DNA of 64,000 nucleotides from a virus: IMG/VR virus record IMGVR_UViG_3300023174_000057, positions 32,001 to 96,000 of that record; one strand, 5' to 3'. Shown piece by piece: positions 1 to 9,050 of this stretch (position 1 is its first letter; each line of letters starts with the position of its first letter). The notes under the pieces were generated by a model. It saw only the letters and a program-made list of their open reading frames with translations, ran no database searches and was not told where the DNA came from. The position numbers and the translations under genes were made by a program.

Positions 1-1
1 C

Positions 2-805
2 GGACCCCTCAACGCCAACGCCGCCGCCCAAGCAGCCGCACCCAACAACCTCAACCCCAACAACCCCAGCGTGGTGGTGGATGGCTCACAGGGCGTGGCC
101 GTGCGGTCTGACGCCAACGTCAACATCTCGGCCACGCAGTCGGTGAGCATCTCCAACACGGGCGCGGCGACCATCGACGCCCAGAACCAAGTGGCGATCC
201 GCTCGGGCGGGAACGTCACCATGACGGCCTCGACGCACAACGTCGTCGTGACGGGCGCGGAGACGGTCAACTACAGCGGCCCAGAGAATGGCAACCCCGC
301 CAGCGGGCCGTCCCGACAGGTGACGTTCTCCAGCACCCCGGCGACGGGGAACGTCGGCGGCACGGTGGACCGATACCGCATGGTGTACGGGGACCGGGTT
401 GAAGAATTTCAGACCACGGGAAACCACACCACCAGCATCATCGGGCAGGGCAACCTCACCTACGAGACCAACCTCGGGCGGTTCCGGGCGCGGGCGGGCA
501 CCAACCAGATAGACGTAGACTCTGCCAGCGGCATCACGGCCACGGCAGCGGTCGGGAACGTCTCGGTCACCGCCAACGTCGGCGGGGTGTCCTTCACTGG
601 GCAGACGGATGCCTCGCTCCGGGCCATCACGGGCACCGCCACGGTGGCGGGCGCGACGGGCGTGCGGCTCGTCTCCCCGCAGGGATCTCCCGCCACGTCG
701 TCACCGCTCGCGTACATCCTGTGCGGGGGGGACACCGACCCGCTCACGGGCATCCCCTACTCGACCTTCATGGTCCCTCGGGGGCAGAAGCTCGCGACGG
801 TGTGA
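2..805 (+). CDS. Baseplate spike / gp5-VgrG-like beta-helix protein, 5'-partial
   Basis: Frame is open from the window start; repetitive V/T/S/G/N beta-strand pattern (NVNISATQSVSIS, NVTMTAST); lies upstream of the lysin. Confidence 0.55.
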   Translation, partial: GPLNANAAAQAAAPNNLNPNNPSVVVDGSQGVAVRSDANVNISATQSVSISNTGAATIDAQNQVAIRSGGNVTMTASTHNVVVTGAETVNYSGPENGNPASGPSRQVTFSSTPATGNVGGTVDRYRMVYGDRVEEFQTTGNHTTSIIGQGNLTYETNLGRFRARAGTNQIDVDSASGITATAAVGNVSVTANVGGVSFTGQTDASLRAITGTATVAGATGVRLVSPQGSPATSSPLAYILCGGDTDPLTGIPYSTFMVPRGQKLATV

Positions 806-837
806 CGCCTATAGGGTTGCACCTGTAGAGGTGCCTC

Positions 838-1635
838 ATGTCCATCGTGTTGAACGGCGAGAAGGTCGCTACCCCGGGTCTGGAAACCGTCTCGTGGCTC
901 GACGACCCGAAGGTCCCGAAGACCACGGACGTGAACCCGCGCACGCAGTGGCTCAGGGCCATTGTGATGCACACGGTCCACGGGAAGACGGGAAAGCTCC
1001 TGCCCGGGCTTTCCAAGCCCAGCACCCGTGCGGAGAGCTACGCCAAGTACCAAGCGAGCACCAGCCGTGACGTTTCGTGGGACTACACCATCGACACGGA
1101 CGGAACCATCGTGGCCTCCAACGACCCGGTGAAGTTCTACACATGGCAAGCCACGTCGGTGAACCCGTTCACCCTCGGGATCGAGCTCGTGCAGGAGGAC
1201 AACGGCGACCTGTACGAAGGGCAGATCGCCGTGGCCGTGCAGTTCTTGGACGTGCTCACCCGCGAGCTCGCGGACCGTGGTCACCCGATCCAGCGTCAGG
1301 TGCCCATGACCGCCGATGGCAAGCCCGTGAAGGGGATCGTGAAGCGCATCGAGGACTCGTCCCAAGCCAAGAACTTCTCTGGTGTGGTGGGCCATCGCAA
1401 TCAGACGACGAACCGTGGACCCGGCGATCCCGGAGATCACATCTTCAACGCGCTACTGAAGGCCGGGTACAAGGGATTCAACCTCGACACGAACGACGAC
1501 GTGGTTTTCTGGAAGGACATCCAGACCCGTCTGGGCGTTACCCCGGCTGATGGGATTCCCGGCAGGGCTACGCAAGCGGCTTTGTTGAAAGCCGGGTACA
1601 AGCACGGGTTGTGGGTTTCTAGGCCGGGGGACTGA
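838..1635 (+). CDS. N-acetylmuramoyl-L-alanine amidase (Amidase_2) endolysin with C-terminal peptidoglycan-binding domain
   Basis: IVMHT, GIEL, GHRN and DPG motifs; C-terminal IQTRLGVTPADGIPGRAT resembles PG_binding_1. Confidence 0.8.
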   Translation: MSIVLNGEKVATPGLETVSWLDDPKVPKTTDVNPRTQWLRAIVMHTVHGKTGKLLPGLSKPSTRAESYAKYQASTSRDVSWDYTIDTDGTIVASNDPVKFYTWQATSVNPFTLGIELVQEDNGDLYEGQIAVAVQFLDVLTRELADRGHPIQRQVPMTADGKPVKGIVKRIEDSSQAKNFSGVVGHRNQTTNRGPGDPGDHIFNALLKAGYKGFNLDTNDDVVFWKDIQTRLGVTPADGIPGRATQAALLKAGYKHGLWVSRPGD

Positions 1636-1684
1636 AAAATCAGCGCGTCCCTTCTCGCACGAACGCCCCGGTGACTGATCCCGG

Positions 1685-2275
1685 TCAGTCGTCCTCGCGA
1701 CTGTAATCGGTCGGCGTCCCTCGGGCGGCGAGCGCCCGGTAGAACACCTCTCGGCAGTCGAGGGCGTCTTGGAGGGCCGTGTGGGCAACCTCCCGCGACA
1801 GGCCCAGATGATCCCGAAGGCTGTCCAGCGAGAGCTTGAGGTTCCCGTCCAGCCCCCACGCCATGTACGCCACCGTGGTGGTGTCGATGGTGCGGTGGGA
1901 GATCTTGGGCTCCACGCCCGCGCGCTTCAGTTCCGCCGCGATGAACCCCGTGTCGAACTTCGGGTTGTGACCGATGAGGGTCCCGCCCTTGAGGTGCTCG
2001 ACCAGTTCCCCGGCGATGGCGCTGAAGGGCGTGGCGTTCGCCCACGCTTCGGGTGTGTACCCGTTGACCTTCAACGCGACGGGTTCAGCCGTCTCGATGT
2101 GCTGCGGGGCGACCTTCCGTGACCACATGAGAGTGATCTTCCCCGGCCCCGTGTACGGGTACTCGACCTCTTCGCGCACGATGGCGACCTCGATCACCTC
2201 GTTGACGGTGGGGTCGAGCCCGGTGGTCTCGGTGTCGAGGTAGATGCGGACAATGGGCTCCATCAGTCTCTCCAC
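1685..2275 (-). CDS. DEDDh 3'-5' exonuclease (DnaQ/epsilon-like)
   Basis: YLDTETTG (ExoI), HNPKFD (ExoII), HTALQDA (ExoIII). Confidence 0.88.
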   Translation of the reverse strand: MERLMEPIVRIYLDTETTGLDPTVNEVIEVAIVREEVEYPYTGPGKITLMWSRKVAPQHIETAEPVALKVNGYTPEAWANATPFSAIAGELVEHLKGGTLIGHNPKFDTGFIAAELKRAGVEPKISHRTIDTTTVAYMAWGLDGNLKLSLDSLRDHLGLSREVAHTALQDALDCREVFYRALAARGTPTDYSREDD

Positions 2276-2349
2276 GGAGTGATGTGCTGGTGTGTAACCA
2301 GCACCCTGTCGGTTCCCTGCCTATGCCCCACGGTTGGCAAGGAGCCACT

Positions 2350-2715
2350 ATGTCTGTAAATCCTCGTAGGGTCGTCGCACGTTACCTATCCGCAGCCGCC
2401 CGCCTCGATCAGAAGGTGCGGTCCACCGCGAACATGGCCCTCATCAAAGCGGGGATGGACGGCAACGGGCGTTTCCGCTCGCCGGGGATGGCCCTTTCCC
2501 GCATCAGCGAAGTTCTCGCGGATCACGGGATCGAGTGGGGGCAGGTGATCCAGAGCTTCCCGCTGAAGCAGCCGCAGGGGCGGATGGTGATCGACCTCGC
2601 CCTGTCGAACCCAGCCGACTCGTTCAGTCCCACGGACCTCGACGGCACGGTGCTGGCGTTCCAGTGGTACCAGTTGGCCGACGACAAGTACGAGATCGTC
2701 GCCTACCTGAGCTAG
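2350..2715 (+). CDS. Hypothetical protein with N-terminal RVVARYL motif (possible virion protein)
   Basis: AAGGAG SD before ATG 2350; motif shared with head-module proteins. Confidence 0.6.
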   Translation: MSVNPRRVVARYLSAAARLDQKVRSTANMALIKAGMDGNGRFRSPGMALSRISEVLADHGIEWGQVIQSFPLKQPQGRMVIDLALSNPADSFSPTDLDGTVLAFQWYQLADDKYEIVAYLS

Positions 2716-2976
2716 ACGATCTCGACCTTCACGACCCACGATGTGTTGAAGATGTGGGGTCCGTCCTTGATCAGCACGTCCCTCTGCGCGTCGGTGAGGG
2801 TCTCCCAATCATACGATTGGATCTCCTCGATGGCATTGACGCACGCCTTCACGGACTCCCGGTTGACCTTGGGGTGCTTGGCCTTGGGGATCAGCACGTC
2901 GCAGACCTTGCGGAACTTGGGGCTGGGCTTGTCCGTAAAAGGCAGCGGGGTTCGTGGGAGTCACGTCCGGGATCAT
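2712..2976 (-). CDS. Hypothetical protein, apparently frameshifted near 2946-2950
   Basis: ATG 2976 overlaps the upstream stop (ATGA), but the plausible coding frame continues in the 2712-2897 ORF frame. Confidence 0.4.
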
Positions 2977-3146
2977 CGCGGTTCCCTTCCCCGCAACGCG
3001 CACCGAAACCCCAAGTCGCCGCCACGGCTCGCAGGCACGCCCGAGTCGCGAGACGCGGCACGCACCCACGACGGCTCGCTGTGGTACCAACTGCCGCCGC
3101 TAACGACGCGGAGACGGTTGTTGGAGGGCTTGAAGGGGGGGTTCAT
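2973..3146 (-). CDS. DGR variable-region-like micro-protein (CLec/FGE C-terminal motif), copy H
   Basis: MNPPFKPSNNRLRVVSGGSW...VRAASR...LGFRCALRGREPR; homologous to the 33485-34556 units. Confidence 0.75.
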   Translation of the reverse strand: MNPPFKPSNNRLRVVSGGSWYHSEPSWVRAASRDSGVPASRGGDLGFRCALRGREPR

Positions 3147-3304
3147 ACTCGGGGTTGCCTTACTGGCAGGTGGGTACGGAACCCCAGACTGCCGCCCCGG
3201 ATCGCAGGCCCGCGCGCGTCGCGAGACGCGACGGGCACCCAAGACGGTCCGCCGCTGTACCAAGACCCGCCACGAATCACGCGAAGCCGGTTGCCGATCC
3301 TCAC
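3143..3304 (-). CDS. DGR variable-region-like micro-protein, copy G
   Basis: GTG 3304 overlaps the upstream stop; RVIRGGSW...VASR...LGFR. Confidence 0.7.
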   Translation of the reverse strand: MRIGNRLRVIRGGSWYSGGPSWVPVASRDARGPAIRGGSLGFRTHLPVRQPRV

Positions 3305-3474
3305 AGCGTCACCTCGTAGGGGTGGATTTGGATGTAATCGTAGTCGTCGATTCGACCGCGCGAGTCCACGCGGAGGGTTTGGACGTAGGCGTTCGCCCCC
3401 TCCTCCGTGGCGAACACGCCAAGGATGAAACGGTCCCCGTGGACCCAACCCGCCGTTACGATCCAGACGGTCAT
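3301..3474 (-). CDS. Small hypothetical phage protein (57 aa)
   Basis: MTVWIV...ILGVFATEEGA, a common small phage ORF pattern; GGGCGTAA motif 8 nt upstream. Confidence 0.65.
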   Translation of the reverse strand: MTVWIVTAGWVHGDRFILGVFATEEGANAYVQTLRVDSRGRIDDYDYIQIHPYEVTL

Positions 3475-3482
3475 GCGGGCGA

Positions 3483-4211
3483 TTACGCCCGGAGGCCGCG
3501 CAGCACAGCGGTGATCTGCTTGGCGGTGATCCCGTGGGCGGCACACAGGGTGTCGAGGCTCTCCCCGGCGAGGAGCCCGTCGATCACGGGGACCATGTGG
3601 GGTTGACCGATCCGGGCGAGATGGCGGCGCACCATGTCCACCCGGGATTTGCGGTCGAGCGCGTCGTCCGGTGACGCCTCCGCAGGGTCATGGTAGTCGG
3701 GGTCCATCCCTTCACGGGGGACCTCACGAACGGCGGCGGGGTGGACCACGGGGCGGAACGCTTTGCCCCGCTGGACCTCACGGGCCGTCTTCAGCCCGCG
3801 CGTGGCGCGGAGCGCGCCGTCCGTTGCCCAACGACGGAGCTCGGTGCTTGCGCTCTGGTACGCCCAGACGCGGAGCACGGACATCTGGACAGGCTTGCCG
3901 CCCTTGAGGAAGGGGGCGAGGGTGTCCTTCTCGATCAACCGGGCGAGGAAGGTCTGGACGTGATCCTCGATCACGTTGAGATCCCTCGACCGCGCCATCT
4001 TGGTCGAAAGGTGCGCCACGAGGATCTGGAACACCTTTGCGTTCCGCTCCAACCACCGGGCAGTGTAGTTGACCTCAGTCTCGTTGACCGCCTCGCGAAC
4101 GGCCACGGCCAGTGGTGTCTCCGACCCCGCGAAGGAGACTACCGCCTCATCACCCGCGACAACCGCACGGGCGGCGGCAAGCGCCGCTGATCCCCCTGCC
4201 AACTTGTCCAT
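3483..4211 (-). CDS. ECF-like RNA polymerase sigma factor
   Basis: Region-2-like IEDHVQTFLARL...LRVWAYQSASTELRR; region-4-like HTH LAGESLDTLCAAHGITAKQI. Confidence 0.55.
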   Translation of the reverse strand: MDKLAGGSAALAAARAVVAGDEAVVSFAGSETPLAVAVREAVNETEVNYTARWLERNAKVFQILVAHLSTKMARSRDLNVIEDHVQTFLARLIEKDTLAPFLKGGKPVQMSVLRVWAYQSASTELRRWATDGALRATRGLKTAREVQRGKAFRPVVHPAAVREVPREGMDPDYHDPAEASPDDALDRKSRVDMVRRHLARIGQPHMVPVIDGLLAGESLDTLCAAHGITAKQITAVLRGLRA

Positions 4212-4400
4212 TCTCAGAGCTCCTGTGGTGTCCCGTGAGGTCTAAGACCCTTGGGTTACGAGCGATGGGTATACACCCACGGGGGACGGGGCGCAAGACA
4301 AATCCGTTACGCCCTCTCCACGGAGCGGGGGGCGGGATTGTAACCGGGTTCGTTGGTCGTGTTATAGCGCCCTCGGGGTGTACCCCTCACGAGGAAGCGC

Positions 4401-5699
4401 ATGAACCGTCTGGCATCGTTGTACAAGCTCGGGATGGCCCTCCGGGCCTACCGCATGATCAAGCAAGCGGGAGCGAACGATGACGCTCTGGCTCGGGCGC
4501 AGTTCTTGGAGGGGGTGCTCGGCAAGCCCTTCAACAGCGTGTCTGGGCGGGGTAGCCCCATGTCGGCCATCTCCAAGCTCCTGATGGAGCTCTATGGCGA
4601 CCCGACGATGGACGTGAGCTCGTCCCCGTGGATGGCCCGCAACACCAGCACCTACGACAACATCGTCCGTGGCCTCGACTCGATGGTGCGCGGCAAGGGC
4701 GGCAAGACAGGCGAGGAGATCCTCCAAGAGGACCTCCTTCGGGGCCTCTCGGGGAAGGGCAACGTCTTCTACCGGGCGGGGCAGCAGTTCTCCCCGGACA
4801 GCATCAAGGCCGACCCCGACAGCGCCCTCGCGGACATGAAGGGCCGATCCTCGGCCTACGCCAAGAAGATGGCCATCGACGTGATCCGCTCGGAAAAGAG
4901 CCGCGACAAGAGAGAAGAGGGCTTCGGGGCTCCCGGTCACGAAGAGGACTCCTCGGAGCTCGTGCTCACGCTGGGTCGGGTCGAGGCGCTCGCCATCGAC
5001 GACCCCAACGGAGCTTTCGGACGCGGCTTCCACGAGTGGATCAACAGCATCGCGGACAAGGTCCTCACGCCCGAAATGAGCGGGCGCGTGAAGGGCTACA
5101 TCGATCTGAAGATGGAGGGGAGCAACATCTCCGACTCCGCTTACGCGGAGCAGATCGGTGTCATCCGCGAGTCCTTCGCGCGGGCCAAGAAGGTCTGGAG
5201 CGAAGCTGTAGAGAAGTCCTTCAACCAAGCCGCTTCGTCGGGTCGGTTCCCCAAGTTCATCGAAGACGCCCAGAACGCCGTCGCTCTGGCCAACGAGTTC
5301 CGCAGAAAGGCAGCAAGGAAGATCATGGCACGCAACCTCACCGCAGCGGAGCGAGACCTTCGCTCCAAGGTCATTCGTCTCGCCCACCAGAACCCCAGCC
5401 TCCGTCCGCACCTCCTCCCGCTCCTCAAGCAAGCCGACGCAGAGCCCTCGGCGGAACAGATGGCGAGCGAGATCATGGCGGGCCGTCCGTGGGGCGGCGA
5501 CAACTACAAGCCCAAGGCCAAGGACTACGACGATCCCGCGCCGGGTCCGGGCTCGCCGCCCTGCCAGCCCGATGGCGAGGGCGGGTGCTACGAGCACACG
5601 GATATGTACAAGGGCTACGGCAGCACCAACTCGGGCTCCAACGGCTCGGCGGCGCGTCGCGAGTACAACAAGAAGTACCGCAAGATGATGGGTCTGTGA
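4401..5699 (+). CDS. Sigma-factor-like protein carrying the LRSKVIRLAH tag and a low-complexity C-terminus
   Basis: AYAKKMAIDVIRS (region 2-like) and MEGSNISDSAYAEQIGVIRES (HTH-like); tag at 5358-5429; GAGG SD. Confidence 0.5.
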   Translation: MNRLASLYKLGMALRAYRMIKQAGANDDALARAQFLEGVLGKPFNSVSGRGSPMSAISKLLMELYGDPTMDVSSSPWMARNTSTYDNIVRGLDSMVRGKGGKTGEEILQEDLLRGLSGKGNVFYRAGQQFSPDSIKADPDSALADMKGRSSAYAKKMAIDVIRSEKSRDKREEGFGAPGHEEDSSELVLTLGRVEALAIDDPNGAFGRGFHEWINSIADKVLTPEMSGRVKGYIDLKMEGSNISDSAYAEQIGVIRESFARAKKVWSEAVEKSFNQAASSGRFPKFIEDAQNAVALANEFRRKAARKIMARNLTAAERDLRSKVIRLAHQNPSLRPHLLPLLKQADAEPSAEQMASEIMAGRPWGGDNYKPKAKDYDDPAPGPGSPPCQPDGEGGCYEHTDMYKGYGSTNSGSNGSAARREYNKKYRKMMGL

Positions 5700-5703
5700 C
5701 GGC

Positions 5704-5931
5704 TCACGTCGGTCGCTTCCCGCCGCCGACGAAGTAGTCCCAGTACGAGAACGCCGGGATCGAGTAGTACAACCACCCGCACCCGGCGCACACCCCACGG
5801 GGGCACGACATCTCGTCGCGCCCCCGTTTCCATTTCACCTCGCCCAGCGTCACCTTGCCCTTGCACTGGACGCAAGCCTTCAGCTTGTCGAGTTGGATCA
5901 CGAAGGTGGTGCGGGCTGTATCGTCGGACAT
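5704..5931 (-). CDS. Small zinc-finger protein
   Basis: CVQC...CPRGVCAGCG. Confidence 0.45.
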   Translation of the reverse strand: MSDDTARTTFVIQLDKLKACVQCKGKVTLGEVKWKRGRDEMSCPRGVCAGCGWLYYSIPAFSYWDYFVGGGKRPT

Positions 5932-6703
5932 GGGTTCCTACGTTCTACCTTCACGGGCCGAGGACTTCATCCCGACGTTGAAAGACGGCACCGTTCACCT
6001 GCTGCTCACCGACCCCCCGTACTACGGCATCACGGATGACGCGTGGGACAACCAGTGGGCGAGCGACCGTGAGTTCGCGGATTGGTTGTCGGGCATCTTC
6101 CTCCGCGCCCTCCCGAAGCTCACCCCCACGGGCTCGTTGGTGTTCTTCGGCGGGCTGGGTAGGCACGGGTCGCACCCGCTGTTCCGGGTGGTGACGGCCC
6201 TCGAAGACGGGGGCTACACGTTCCGCAACTGGGTGACGTGGAAGAAGCGCCGCGCCTACGGCAAGTCGCACGACTACCTCTACGTTCGGGAGGAGATCCT
6301 CTGGTTCTCCAAGAACCCGGACCGGACGGCGGTGACGTTCAACAAGCCGTACACCGACGAGGTCCGTGGGTACGCGGGCTATGATCCCAAGTACCCCGCG
6401 CACAGCGAGTACAAGCGCGTCGGGAACGTGTGGACGGACATCGACCCGGTGATCGACGACGTGCCGGAACTGTTCCGGCCCAAGAGGTCGTGCCAGAAGC
6501 CAGACAAGCTCATGTCACGGCTGGTCGCCACGCACAGCAACGAGGGGGACTTGGTCGTGGACCCCTTCGCGGGATGGGGCAGCACGGGCATCGCCGCTGT
6601 CACCCTCGGGAGGAAGTTCCTCGGGTGCGAGGCCATCGAAGCGGATGCCCTTGCGGCGGATGGGCGCGTAACCGCCGCCGTGCCTATCATCTATGGTCTG
6701 TGA
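5930..6703 (+). CDS. N4-cytosine/N6-adenine DNA methyltransferase (beta class)
   Basis: LLLTDPPYY (motif IV) precedes VVDPFAGWGSTG (motif I). Confidence 0.9.
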   Translation: MGSYVLPSRAEDFIPTLKDGTVHLLLTDPPYYGITDDAWDNQWASDREFADWLSGIFLRALPKLTPTGSLVFFGGLGRHGSHPLFRVVTALEDGGYTFRNWVTWKKRRAYGKSHDYLYVREEILWFSKNPDRTAVTFNKPYTDEVRGYAGYDPKYPAHSEYKRVGNVWTDIDPVIDDVPELFRPKRSCQKPDKLMSRLVATHSNEGDLVVDPFAGWGSTGIAAVTLGRKFLGCEAIEADALAADGRVTAAVPIIYGL

Positions 6704-7385
6704 GGTAACGCCCGTGAAGGTACTTGGAATCTCGACCACCACGCACGCCTACGGCGAGTCGGCCAGCGGTGCGATGTTGGAAGCTGTGCTGCGGGTGGCA
6801 GCTTCGCGCGGTCACGAGGTGACCCTCCTCGACGCGGCCAAGCTCCACGTCGTCCAGAATCTCTCCTGCTACGCGGGCGGGGGTCGCAATTGTGCCCACC
6901 CCGACGCGGGTCCGTACCGCTGCTGGGCGCACAAGAACTCCGCGGACGACCCTGACGCCTACGGGGGCGTGGACGAGATGCCCGCCTTGTACGACGGGAT
7001 TGCAGACGCCGACGTGGTGGTGTGGGCGACGAGCGTCCGGTGGATGTCTCACTCATCCCTCCTCCAGCGCGTAATCGAGCGCATGAACACGCTGGAGAAC
7101 CGCGCATCCGTGTACGGCGAAGACAACCCTCTCACCGGGAAGTTGGCGGGGGTGCTGGTGGCGGGCCAGCACTATGAAGGGCAGAAGGTCGCGATCTGTC
7201 TTCAAGAGGTGTTCATCCGCCTTGGGTTCACCGTCCCGCTCGACGCCCAGATGGTGTGGCAACGCACCCTTGACCTCACCGTCGAACAGGGTGAGGGATC
7301 GAACCGCCCGCACGTCGCCGCGCACTTGGTGTCCCCCACGGGCCGGGGGCAGATCACCCGGTACCTCCAAGCTCTCGGGCTGTGA
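6693..7385 (+). CDS. NADPH-dependent FMN reductase / iron-sulfur flavoprotein-like (flavodoxin family)
   Basis: KVLGISTT, Cys cluster, DEMPALYDGIADADVVVWATSVRW...IERM. Confidence 0.75.
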   Translation: MVCEVTPVKVLGISTTTHAYGESASGAMLEAVLRVAASRGHEVTLLDAAKLHVVQNLSCYAGGGRNCAHPDAGPYRCWAHKNSADDPDAYGGVDEMPALYDGIADADVVVWATSVRWMSHSSLLQRVIERMNTLENRASVYGEDNPLTGKLAGVLVAGQHYEGQKVAICLQEVFIRLGFTVPLDAQMVWQRTLDLTVEQGEGSNRPHVAAHLVSPTGRGQITRYLQALGL

Positions 7386-7389
7386 CACC

Positions 7390-8025
7390 GTGAGGATCGC
7401 ACACGTTTCTGACATTCACGGTCACTACAGCACCCTCGACCGGCTGGGGGGGGACGCGCCCGACCTTTGGGTAATCACGGGTGACTTCTTCCCCAACAAG
7501 ACCCGGGGACACGTCCCGACCGAGACCCGCTGGCAGACCAACTGGTTCGGTTACAAGTCGTTCAGCATCCGGCGGCGGTTGATGGGGGCACCCGTGCTCT
7601 TGGTCCCCGGCAACCACGACTACGCCAACCTCGCAGGGCTCCTGCGCCGCGACGGGGTGGACGCCCAAGAAGTCACGCCCGATGGAGTGGAGTTTCGCGG
7701 CGTGCGCTTCGCGGGCTTCGGGCACATCCCGTTCATCGCGGGAGAATGGAACCGCGAGGTCACCGACGTGGAGCTCCACGAGCTCACCCACAGCACCCTC
7801 GACTGCGACCCGGACGTGCTCCTCACCCACAGCCCGCCCAACGGCATCCTCAACGGGCGCTACCCCGGCATCTCCTCCCTCACCACCGCCCTCACCTACC
7901 GCCCGCACAGGGTCACCCACCACCTGTTCGGGCACTGCCACGAGGACGGAGGCAAGAGCGTCGAGCACATGGGCATCACCTTCGTGAACAGCGCCACGAC
8001 CCTCCAGTGGGTCGAGCTCCCGTAA
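7390..8025 (+). CDS. Calcineurin-like metallophosphoesterase
   Basis: SDIHG, TGDF, GNHD, THSPP, GHCHE. Confidence 0.88.
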   Translation: MRIAHVSDIHGHYSTLDRLGGDAPDLWVITGDFFPNKTRGHVPTETRWQTNWFGYKSFSIRRRLMGAPVLLVPGNHDYANLAGLLRRDGVDAQEVTPDGVEFRGVRFAGFGHIPFIAGEWNREVTDVELHELTHSTLDCDPDVLLTHSPPNGILNGRYPGISSLTTALTYRPHRVTHHLFGHCHEDGGKSVEHMGITFVNSATTLQWVELP

Positions 8026-8165
8026 GGCACCCCCCAGATCGAACAGAACGGCCCCTTCCGTGCCCGTTCTCTGGCCGGATGGGTGTCGGTAGCCAACGAG
8101 GGTCTAGGACGCCTCGGAAGGGCTGTCCGTGGGCTCCCACCGTGAGCCTATCAACCTCACAGGGT

Positions 8166-8549
8166 ATGGACCCCGACGACGTTCGCATTCCACCCCCACC
8201 GCCGTCACCGAAGCTCAGTTTTCACTGGGTGCCCCGTCCACAAGGGGCGACGGGTCTGGAGGAGTGGTGCCAGTGGTTGAACTTCCTCGACGGGATTCTC
8301 ACGTCGCACGCGCTCACAGGGGGGAGGTTCACGGAGCTCAACGGGCTGATGTCCCGTGCGTGGGGGGTCTCACCCCTGCTCTACGGCACGATGAAGTTCT
8401 GGCTGTTCTGGTTCGGGCTGAAGTGCTTGGAGAGGGCGTCCGTCAGCAAGGGAGCCCAAAGGGTCCGTGAGAGGGTTCTCCAAGGGATCTTCTTGGTGTT
8501 CCTGCTGGTGTTCCTCTGGCACCTCTTCGTCCTGTCACTTTCGCCTTGA
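8166..8549 (+). CDS. Small membrane protein (DUF5658-like)
   Basis: LNFLDGILT...ELNGLM pattern and hydrophobic helices. Confidence 0.55.
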   Translation: MDPDDVRIPPPPPSPKLSFHWVPRPQGATGLEEWCQWLNFLDGILTSHALTGGRFTELNGLMSRAWGVSPLLYGTMKFWLFWFGLKCLERASVSKGAQRVRERVLQGIFLVFLLVFLWHLFVLSLSP

Positions 8550-8559
8550 CCCCTCCCCC

Positions 8560-9050
8560 CCTCCCGTAGTAGCCCCCCAAGCTGGATCGTCACCCTCCCC
8601 CCGCAAGGGAGGAGGGGTTGTGGAACACCCTCCCGGTCTGGACCTCGTGAAGCTGCTCCCGTGGAAAGGGGTCGCCTCTCGACAAATAGCCCGGGGAAAG
8701 ACAGGCACCTCCCCAACAGGGGTGCTTGAAGGATTCCAGACCGAAAAGGTCGTAGACAGGTGTACTGAACACCCAAGCAGTCGCTACCGACGATCCCTGA
8801 GAGACGACGAGGCAACCTGTAGATACCGACGAGGCAGACCCCCAAGCCCCTGAGAAGGCCAGTAGGGTCCGTCCCCAACCTCCCGGTGAGTAAGGGTTCC
8901 ACCTCCCCTCTCCCAGCATTGAAAGGATGAAGCCAAGTGCCTACGGTAAGAGGCCCTGAGAGAGGTACGAAAGACTAGCTCTCGTTGCTCCCGACCTTCC
9001 CCGTTCCCGTTGGATCTGTTCGTAGGGAACGACTCCTCCCTCCTCCCAGA
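8560..9050. ncRNA. Candidate structured non-coding RNA or origin region
   Basis: No convincing ORF; several short hairpins, some with GNRA-type loops. Confidence 0.3.

Noticed and set aside
1-70. AAC-rich stretch as a DGR template repeat
   Set aside because: It encodes Asn/Pro/Ala in the spike gene and has no homology to the VR backbone.
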